From contig CDRNVI010000076.1 in the NCBI GenBank assembly GCA_977017575.1, positions 45,618 through 109,617 of the forward strand: a DNA stretch of 64,000 nt. Direction: 5' to 3'. Origin of the DNA: Paramoeba atlantica. Lineage: Eukaryota; Protista; Discosea. Each line of letters opens with the position of its first letter. The first letter of the stretch is position 1. This document shows positions 1 through 8,588 of this stretch, piece by piece. A program made the position numbers and the translations under genes. The notes under the pieces are model-generated. The model saw only the letters and a list, made by a program, of their open reading frames with translations. It ran no database searches and was not told the origin of the DNA.

Positions 1-141
1 TGTTACCGATGCCAGTTGGATAAAGGTTAACGGACTTGCGATCCCTTCGAGGATTGTGGGAAAGTTAACCCATATTTAACTAGTAGAGGAAGCAAAAGTC
101 GTAACAAGGTAGCTGTAGGTGAACCTGCAGCTGGATCATTT
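1..141 (+). rRNA. 18S (SSU) rRNA, 3' end only (truncated by window start)
   Basis: h44/h45 motifs AAGTCGTAACAAGGTAGCTGTAGGTGAACCTGCAGCTGGATCATTT ending at 141. Confidence 0.97.
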
Positions 142-394
142 CGAAAGTTTTCGAACCTTGAACAACAGGCACACCGTACGGTGCGTCCTAACACAGCCCT
201 CCCGAGTGCTCGTTTGCGCTCGGGGAAGGGAAACCGTCTGTTCCAAACCCCGTTCGCGGGGTTTGGGGGGACTCTTTTTTTGTTCCTCCTCGTCGACGGC
301 GCAAGCCGTAGACGGCTCAAGGGGGTTTACTCGGCCCGGTGCTACGCGTGGGGGGGAAACCCCCCACGCGCCCGGATGAAACCGAGTCATGTAT
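142..394 (+). other. ITS1 (~253 nt); other copies at 11068-11320, 21907-22159, 32745-32997, 43641-43893, 54567-54819
   Basis: Lies between the 18S 3' end and the 5.8S start; contains several GC-rich hairpins. Confidence 0.9.
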
Positions 395-552
395 AACTTA
401 TGACGGTGGATGTCTTGGCTTCCCAATCGATGAAGGACGCGGCAATATGCGATAATTCGTACGCATTGCAGAATCAAGCGTAGTACTAAACCTTTGAACG
501 CAACATGTGTGCTGGGTCTCGCACTCAAGCACGTCCACAGTTCAGTGCCGAT
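395..552 (+). rRNA. 5.8S rRNA, unit 1
   Basis: GGATGTCTTGGCT, CGATGAAGGACGCGGC, GCGATAA, GCAGAATC and CTTTGAACGCA motifs typical of 5.8S; ends approximate. Confidence 0.93.
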
Positions 553-624
553 AACCTTGCTGGGGAACGACACGTGCCCTGAAATCGAATTCCGTTGGTG
601 TCTCACACCAAAGAAACCATTTTC
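553..624 (+). other. ITS2 (~72 nt, short); repeated in every unit
   Basis: Lies between the 5.8S end and the LSU 5' motif GGCCTGAG...ACCCGCTGAACTTAAGCATATC. Confidence 0.8.
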
Positions 625-2035
625 AAGGCCTGAGCTGTGGTCGACCACCCGCTGAACTTAAGCATATCATTAAGCGGAGGAAAAGAAAACAACTGTGATT
701 CCCCTAGTAGCGGCGAGCGAAGAGGGATTAGCCCAATCCGAATCGGATCACATCCGAATTGTGGGGTAAGAGGTCTCAGGAAAGCCTGGACACTCGGACA
801 AGTCTTCCTGGAACGGAGCGCCATAGAGGGTGAGAGCCCCTTGATCCGAGTCCTCCTCAGGCGGGATTAACTTGAGACTTGCGGAGTAGTACTGCTTGGG
901 AATGCAGTGCGAAGGGCAGGTATACCTCTGCCAAGGCTAAATATCTTGGGAAGACCGATAGCATACAAGTAGCGTGAGCGAAAGATGAAAAGCACTTTGG
1001 AGAGAGAGTGAAATAGCACCTGAAGCCGTCATAAGATAAGGGATGTACCACTATCCAAGACGTGTGTAGGGCACCTCGGGGGCAACCCCGGGGTGTCTTC
1101 CGCACACGTCATGTCTGTCGCTGTTCCCACGCCGAGCAAGGGGGTTGGTGTGATTTCGCACCTTCGTCACTTTTGTACTCGAGCGTGTGGTTGGGACAGT
1201 CTTACCCTTCGGGAGGGATGAAACGGTGGAGATCTCGGCTGCGGCTCCGTCCTGGGTTTGGAGCGTCTCCCGCCCTCGGGTGGGGGCCTCCGGCTCGGAT
1301 GGGGTTCGCGGCAGGAGCTCCCGTGTTCGCTCTCCACAGACAGACTTTGAGATGGCCATAGGCCACGATGGGGTTCATCCGCCCGTCTTGAAACACGGAC
1401 CAAGGAGTCTAACAAGTATGCGAGTCATATACTGGAAAGGTATAAGGCGTACTGAAAGGGAAGCGCGTATGTCCGCGTGAGGTGTCAACCCGTTGTGCGG
1501 GGTTATGCCCCGCACCCGGGTGCAACACCGGCCGAGACTTGGCCATGGGCCGGGTTTTTGAGCCTGAGCATACATGTTGGGACCCGAAAGGTGGTGATCT
1601 ATGCCTGAACAGGACGAAGCCGAGGGAAACCTGGGTGGAGGTCCGTAGCGATGTTGACGTGCAAATCACTCGTTGGATTTGGGTATAGGGGCGAAAGACT
1701 CATCGAACCACCTAGTAGCTGGTTCACCCCGAAGTTTCCCTCAGGATAGCTGGTGACAGTAAAGCAGTCGTGTGCGGTAAAGCAAATGATTAGAGGCATT
1801 GGCTTCAATTTGATGTCGACCTATTCTCAAACTTTAAACGTGCACAGCATTTGGCTTGCTTTCATGAAGCCAAAGGTAATGGATGATGTCACCAAGTGGG
1901 CCTCTTTCGGTAAGCGGAACAGGCGATGCGGAATGCTCCGCAAGGGAACTTAAGGCGCCTAAGTGCGGGCTCATAGATACCATGAAGGGTGTTCGTTGAT
2001 CTAGACAGCAGGACGGTGGCCATGGAAGTCGGAAT

Positions 2036-2069
<34 letters not shown>

Positions 2070-3163
2070 TCAACCAGCCCCGAAAATGGATGGCGCTCAA
2101 GCCCGCCGCCGACAGTTCCCCGGAACTGTAACTGTGGGAGGGCACAAGAAACACAGTTCCGTGTAGGGGTGCGTGGAGGCAAAGCTGCGAAGCCTTTGGC
2201 GTGAGCCTGGGTGGAGCTGCCTCTAGTGCAGATCTTGGTTGTAGTAGCGAATATTCAACTGCGGAAATTCCGCGATATATCGTTGAAGGCTGAAGTGGGG
2301 AAGGGTTTCGTGTCAACGGCGATCGGACACGAGTCACTCGGTACTAAAGCCAACGTTGGACCGCACTTGTGGAACGGGGTGATGGCCGCCCGGGCGCCGC
2401 GTTCGCTCACCTCGTGTGGGCGGGCGTCGATGCCTGGGAACTCTACGGCTCCACCCAGTTGGCTGAAAGTAAAGCGGGCTTAACATTCCCGCAGCTGACC
2501 ATGGGAATTTGAGGCGGTAACGCTTTTGAGACGATGCTGGTGACAGTGTGGGACGGGCCCGGAAGAGTTCTCTTTTCTTTTGAATGGACTTCCCCCTCCG
2601 TTGAGTTCGCGTCGTGCGGTGACGCGGAAGGGGATCCAGCAAAGCCATGCATTTGTGCGTGGTAGGGAAACCGTCTCACGCTTCAGAAAAAGCCAGCGGG
2701 GTCCTATTTCCTGATGGCAGGCCGTACCCATATCCGCATCCGGTCCCCAAGCTTAGAAAGCTCTAGCCAATAGAACAAGGTAGTCTAAGGGAAGTCGGCA
2801 AATTAGATGCGTATGCTCGCGAGAAGCATTGGCTCTGAAGGCAAAGCTGTTGGGAGCCGGCAAGTCCCTGGGCTCAAGGTCCTGGCTGACGTGCCCGCGT
2901 CGCGTGCTCCGCCCGCCTTGCGTGGGTGGGGCGTGTGTGCTGCGGTGTCACGCTTGACGGGGCCTCCAGGGACTACGCCGACCCTTCGGGGACGGTGCAG
3001 CCGGGCAAACTCTCACAGCGCTGAATTGCTGTTTCAGAACTGCTTACCAAGGGGAATCCAACTGTATAATTAAAACACAGGCTTGCGACGCAGCCAAGTG
3101 CTGTATGACGCAAGCTGATTTCTGCCCAGTGCTCTGAATGTCAATGTGACGAGATTCACCTAC

Positions 3164-3220
<57 letters not shown>

Positions 3221-3965
3221 TTCTAATTAGAGACGCGCATGAATGGATTAATGAGATTCCCACTGTCCCTAGCTACCATCTAGCGAACCAACTGCGTCAA
3301 GGGAACGGTCTTGAATGATTAAGCGGGGAAAGAAGACCCTGTTGAGTTTGACTCCAGTCTCAGTTTGCCGGGCGACATAGGAGGTGTAGTCATAGGTGGG
3401 AGGTGCTCGAAAGGGTGCCGGTTCTGAAAAACCACTTCTTTTATCGTTGCTCGGCAAATCCAATGATAAGGCAAAGGGAGTTATGTCTTAAGGGGCTTCA
3501 CGGCTCCCAGGGCATTCGTGCACCGTCCGAGTCCTACGGGAAATTCAACGGTGCCAACTCACCTGTTGTAGCTCTAAACCCAGGTGCGGATGTACCAGGG
3601 TGAGCCTATGTTTGGAGACAAGACTGAGATGGGGAGTTTGGCTGGGGCGGCATATCTGCTAAACGACAACGCAGGTGTCCTAAGGCGAGCTCAGTGAGGA
3701 CAGAAACCTCACGTGGCGCACAAGGGCAAAAGCTCGCTTGATCTTAGACTTTCAGTACGAGTCTAGAATGTGAAAGCATGGCCAGCGATCCTTTGAGCAC
3801 GTACATTCAGGTATAATGCCAGAGGTGTCATAAAAATTACCACAGGGATAACTGGCTTGTGGCAGCCAAGCGTTCCTAGCGACGTTGCCGTTTGATCCTT
3901 CGATGTCGGCTCTTCCTAGCCTTGCGCCGCAGTTGACGCAAAGGGTCGGATTGTTCACCCGGATG

Positions 3966-4009
<44 letters not shown>

Positions 4010-4389
4010 TTACCCTACTTAATCAAACATTTCGGCAGGTTTGCCGAGGGAAATACGAAGTAGTACGAGAGGAACTTTCGTTTCGCCTCCCTAGCAACAG
4101 CGGCCCTTTGAAAAGAGGCGCCGCAAGACCACCAGGCGATGATTAACAGCTGAACGCCTCTTAAGCTGGAAATCAATCCCGAAGCAAACTTGGGCCTTCT
4201 AGGCCACTTGGGCGCAAAACGCGAGCGCGAAAACCATAATTACTCAAGTAATACGCGCGGTAGTAACCCTACCCCTATGAAAGAGCGGAGCGTCCAATCA
4301 CACCCGGAACAGACGATTCCTTATGCACGACCTGGTGTAAGTGTTGGAGGAACCTCGGTTCCGACTCACTGAGCCCGTGTACGTGCCCA
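625..4389 (+). rRNA. LSU (28S-type) rRNA, unit 1, apparently contiguous
   Basis: ACCCGCTGAACTTAAGCATAT (647-667), CCGTCTTGAAACACGGACC, GACTCTCTTAAGGTAGCCAAATGCC, peptidyl-transferase region GGGATAACTGGCTTGTGGCAGCCAAGCG, sarcin-ricin loop AGTACGAGAGGAAC (4062-4075), 3'-terminal helix TGTAAG...CTGAG (~4336-4373); ends approximate. Confidence 0.95.
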
Positions 4390-4724
4390 TAGGTGCAATT
4401 TTGCAATTCAATCTACCTAACAAGGAGTAGGTAACAAGGCCTAACTTAGGCAACAACAAGGCAATAGTCTTGACACACACACTCAGATCCCTGCATGGGA
4501 TCTCACAAACGTGCATTCCATATAAACAACCACAGGGGTGGTCAATAAAAAAGGACCCCACATTCTCGTCACCAACATCCACGGTGAGTCCTGCACAACC
4601 CTCTCTCTTCAAGCTTATACAGCTTCCTCACTATATAAATGAAACAGATGTAGAGCACATAGCAGGTGTGCTATGTGTGATCATGTGTTGATACACTCTC
4701 ACTCCACGGTCAAGTCTCAACAAC

Positions 4725-5373
4725 CTCATGGTTGGGTCAGACACCCACTCACACGACAACAAAGTCCTTATGCACGACCTGGTGTAAGTGTTGGAGGAAC
4801 CTCGGTTCCGACTCACTGAGCCCGTGTACGTGCCCATAGGTGCAATTTTGCAATTCAATCTACCTAACAAGGAGTAAACAAAGATAACACAAAGGTGTTA
4901 TGCCTTGATCACAGAGACAAAACCGTCTCGATCACAAAGACTCCGCATTACAGTGTGGGGATCTCAGGAACGTGCTTCTCATGTGCACAAGAATGTATGT
5001 GTTCCACATGCACGAGAGGTACATAAAGCGCTTCATGGTAGTCTCATGGTTGGGTCAGACACCCACTCACACGACAACAAAGTCTTTATGCACGACCTGG
5101 TGTAAGTGTTGGAGGAATCTCCTTAACAAAGATATAGGAGTAAACAAAGGCCATGTCTTGATCACAAAGACGCTCCGCATTACGGCGTGGGGATCTCAGG
5201 AACGTGCTTCTCATGTGCACAAGAACATGTGTGAATCAACACACTACCTTCTTACTTAACCTCTTTTACACACAGCTTGGGTCTTACGGCATACACAAGA
5301 GTAGGTGCATACGACGCATAAGACAAAAAAATCAGAATGATCTAGTTGAAAGAACCTCCGTTCCGACTCACTG
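4725..5373 (+). repeat. Degenerate direct repeats of the LSU tail and 3'ETS blocks
   Basis: 4725-4799 matches 5043-5117 (1 mismatch); the GATCACAAAGA...GTGCACAAGAA block occurs at ~4930-4992 and ~5160-5227; GAACCTCCGTTCCGACTCACTG at 5352-5373. Confidence 0.88.
4765..4876 (+). repeat. Exact 112-bp duplicate of the LSU 3'-terminal segment and flank (4318-4429); same in all units (15691-15802, 26530-26641, 37368-37479, 48264-48375, 59190-59301)
   Basis: TCCTTATGCACGACC...CAAGGAGTA is identical at an offset of 447 bp. Confidence 0.95.
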
Positions 5374-6000
5374 TACTACCACTTTGTTCCACAGATCGCT
5401 CTGTTTTTAACCGGATGGGAGTAGCTTAGTATGATTGAAATGGATTGAATGCGTAACGACGCCTCCAATCCCTCCACCGAGGCACGGCATCCACACCGCA
5501 GTGAGGATGATGCGTGCGCAAGAGTTAGTACTGTCTGAGAATAAAAAAATCAACAAGGTACAGAAACTGTATCTCTATCGTTACCGTGTACATGCCTCTA
5601 AGTGCAATTTCGCAAATCAACGAAAACAAATGATCCTTCACAGGGCAGACATACTCATGACTCTGCTTTCAAGGCACTGCAGTCATGAGCTGCAGTCATT
5701 TTGGGGGCGAGGTTGTCCAGTGATTGACTGCTCGTTACACTCGCTTAGCGATGAATTCCGATCCTTCATCCCTTCGTCAAAGTCATCCCACTTCCGATTT
5801 ACGTCATCTATCTTCCCGGAATACGGGAAATTCGTTTTTGAGTGGGAATGTTCTATGAGAGAGAAAGCACTGAGTATGGAGAGGAAAGCTAGTGAACAAG
5901 AGAGCCAAACTACAAATTTTATAAGTAGTGCACGTGAATTTGTTCCGTACATCGATAAGTAGCGTACCTGGATAAGTAGCGTGCTTGGGGGCACAGATGG

Positions 6001-6069
6001 GCGTTGTAGTAGTTTGGATGAGTACTCATCGAAACGACCTCTGCACATGGTACTTTGGATGAGTACTTT
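6001..6069 (-). repeat. Inverted copy (about 1.5 units) of the 41-bp repeat array
   Basis: 6009-6069 is the reverse complement of 6623-6683 (60/61); 6001-6008 is the reverse complement of 7015-7022. Confidence 0.92.
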
Positions 6070-6149
6070 TCACTATATTACCAACGTCTGACTCTGTAAG
6101 GCTAAACTGTGAACGTAGCCCTGGGACACGTGTGCTTCTCTCTAGATTC

Positions 6150-6338
6150 GTGGGAAGCAATTTGCGAAGCCCAACTACTTGATAACAAATTTTAGTACCC
6201 ATTTTGGCCGCGCGGGGGCCCCCGCGTGAGCGGGGGTGCGCGCGGCCGCGAAACGGCGAGGGCCCGCGTGAGCGGGCCTGAGCCGTACCCCGCGTAGGAT
6301 TCCCCTGTGCGTCGTTAGTGGGAAGCAATTTGCGAAGC
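6150..6338 (+). repeat. 21-bp direct repeats GTGGGAAGCAATTTGCGAAGC (6150-6170, 6318-6338) flanking a GC-rich double hairpin (6206-6293)
   Basis: Read directly from the sequence; present in all six spacers. Confidence 0.9.
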
Positions 6339-6623
6339 TCACCGATTTTCGTAGTTTTCTCTACGCAGGCGTTGTCAACGTATGTAGTGAAGTGTAGGAT
6401 ACTGAACGCACGGAAAACGAAAATCAAAAAAAAATCTTGGGTGTTCCACAAAAGTCCTTGACTTATGCAAAAGTCCTTGACTTCCACCGGCGCTGAGAAC
6501 CTATGTCTGCCACTTCCGCAGGATTGTGTATTTTTGTACTATATTGCATCACCTATAACCTGGCAACAATTTACGTGATTGCTGACTACGGAAGAAAGTA
6601 CTCATGAGATGCGCCACGGAAGA

Positions 6624-7014
6624 AAGTACTCATCCAAAGTACCATGTGCAGAGGTCGTTTCAATGAGTACTCATCCAAACTACCATGTGAAGAGGTCGTT
6701 TCGATGAGTACTCATCCAAACTACCATGTGAAGAGGTCGTTTCGATGAGTACTCATCCAAACTACCATGTTAAGAGGTCGTTTCAATGAGTACTCATCCA
6801 AACTACCATGTGAAGAGGTCGTTTCAATGAGTACTCATCCAAACTACCATGTGAAGAGGTCGTTTCAATGAGTACGCATCCAAACTACCATGTGAAGAGG
6901 TCGTTTCAATGAGTACTCATCCAAACTACCATGTGAAGAGGTCGTTTCAATGAGTACTCATCCAAACTACCATGTGAAGAGGTCATTTCGATGAGTACTC
7001 ATCCAAACTACCAT
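6624..7014. repeat. 41-bp tandem array, ~9.5 copies (ATGAGTACTCATCCAAACTACCATGTGAAGAGGTCGTTTCR), unit 1
   Basis: Motif starts at 6624, 6665, 6706, 6747, 6788, 6829, 6870, 6911, 6952, 6993. Confidence 0.97.
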
Positions 7015-7187
7015 TACAACGCGATTTATGGTAGTTTGGATGAGTACTTCCATTTTCGTCGGAGGCCGGTGATAGTAGTTTGGATGAGTACTCATCGAAA
7101 CTACCACAACCCCCTAGGAGGTAATGGTAGTTTGGATGAGTACTCATCGGAACTACCACAATCCCCACAGATGCATCGAGCTCCCTC

Positions 7188-7567
7188 TGAAAAAGTGACA
7201 GCTGGCCACCCTATGAAAAAGTGGCCACCTGGCCCCGCTTTGAAAAAGTGGCCACCTGGCCACCCTATGAAAAAGTGGCCACCTGGCCACCCTATAAAAA
7301 AGTGGCCACCTGGCCACCCTATGAAAAAGTGGCCAGCTAGCCCCGCTTTGAAAAAGTGGCCACCTGGCCACCCTATGCGTAACCTGGCCACCCCATAAAA
7401 AAGGGGCCACCTGGCCACCCTATCGAAAAGTAGCCACCTGGCCACCCTATGAAAAAGTGGCCACCTGGCCACCCTATGAAAAAGTGGCCACCTGGCCGCC
7501 CTATGAAAAAGTGGCCACCTGGCCGCCCTATGAAGAAGTGGCCACCTGGCCACCCTATGAAAAAGTG
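7188..7567. repeat. 27-bp tandem array, ~14 copies (AAAAAGTGGCCACCTGGCCACCCTATG), unit 1
   Basis: Cores at 7195, 7221, 7248, 7275, 7302, 7329, 7356, (degenerate ~7380), 7403, 7430, 7457, 7484, 7511, 7538, 7565. Confidence 0.96.
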
Positions 7568-8588
7568 TGGTGTCCGGGTGATAGCCAGGCACGATCCAAA
7601 ATTTACTGCTTTTAGCCGCGTGCTCCAGGCTATGAAATCATAGCTTTTGCCGCACTGCACACTTTTTAGGCTGTGCGCACTACGGACGGCACATCGGCCA
7701 AGCATCCAATGATCATTTGTTAGTGTGTATGGGTATTTACCCTAGTTTCCTAGTGTTTCGTTGTGTTAACACTGGGTAACTCCATACGCGGGAAAGAATC
7801 TGTCCTACTTTTTTAGCACCTTGATTTATTGGTGACGGGCAGACTCTTTCCGCGGCATTCCTCACACCCTAGTTCTTTGGCGCCTTGTTTTGTTGCCGCC
7901 GGGTGCTGGAATTGCTATTTTTGGAGATGAAAAAGGTCCAAAAAGTTGTTCACCCACTCACTGTAATCCTGTAAGAAACCCCTTTTGTCCTACAAGTGGG
8001 GTCGTAGCGCAAGCTTCTCTCGCGAGAGACTTCCCTATGTCGGTCCTCGTACTCTTTTGAAGCGGGGCTGAGACAACTTTCACACCGTTGGCGGTGCAGG
8101 TGGTGAAAGAGAAAAAATTAGAGATCAGCAATGAGGGGATTCACGCGGCGACGTAGGCATTGAACAAGGGTTTTCTTTCTCAAAAGTTTCTACAGAAAGT
8201 GTGTGTTTCCACTCACGCACCTCACTGGAGACACCCCATTAACTGGGTAGCGCGAGACTTGCTAACCAACGCTTAAGTGAATCTCGTGTTGCGTCAGGCT
8301 CTGCTTTGCTTGTATTCGCTAAAACTACACTGCTCCGGATTGTTAGAATTGAAGATTTTTATGCTTTGGTCTCTGCTGGAGATGGGGTAGGATTATCTCT
8401 CCCACCTGACACATCCAAAAGGATATCTAGACAACATCATCCCGTTCGGTTAATAAGAAAGGGGTGCTTAACGAAAAAGTGGTGCTTAGCAAAGAAGGGG
8501 TGGGTTGCCTGGAAAAGTAACGTACCTTCTTGGTTTCCCGAAACGATTTATTCCGTGAGATCCCGATGATTAGTCCTTCCCGAGATGG

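Noticed and set aside
3193-3207. R2 retrotransposon / I-PpoI target CTCTCTTAAGGTAGC
   Set aside because: The site is intact and uninterrupted in all six LSU copies; no insertion or group I intron was seen in any rRNA gene
27-4372. Numerous 60-170 aa ORFs over the rRNA genes and ITS
   Set aside because: Shadow ORFs of rRNA sequence with no independent coding evidence
5435-5962. 175-aa ORF in unique spacer sequence (longest non-repeat ORF, repeated in each unit)
   Set aside because: It starts at TTG and has no motif I recognise. A rough estimate gives ~0.1 expected ORFs of this length by chance per spacer, and identity across units reflects homogenisation rather than coding constraint. An HHpred/Pfam hit or ribosome-profiling signal would overturn this.
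5954-5982. 12-bp doublet GATAAGTAGCGT
   Set aside because: Real but a trivial slippage duplication with no further structure
5411-6066. 5S-like fragments (GGATGGGAG at ~5413, GTTAGTACT at ~5525, GTACTTTGGATG at ~6050)
   Set aside because: They are short, scattered and out of order, and no 120-nt 5S fold is present, so no 5S gene is supported in the repeat unit
6624-7014. CRISPR-like appearance of the palindromic 41-bp repeats
   Set aside because: Repeats are head-to-tail with no unique spacers, there are no cas genes, and the context is eukaryotic rDNA
8016-8029. Perfect 14-bp palindrome TCTCTCGCGAGAGA
   Set aside because: Single isolated occurrence per unit with no supporting context
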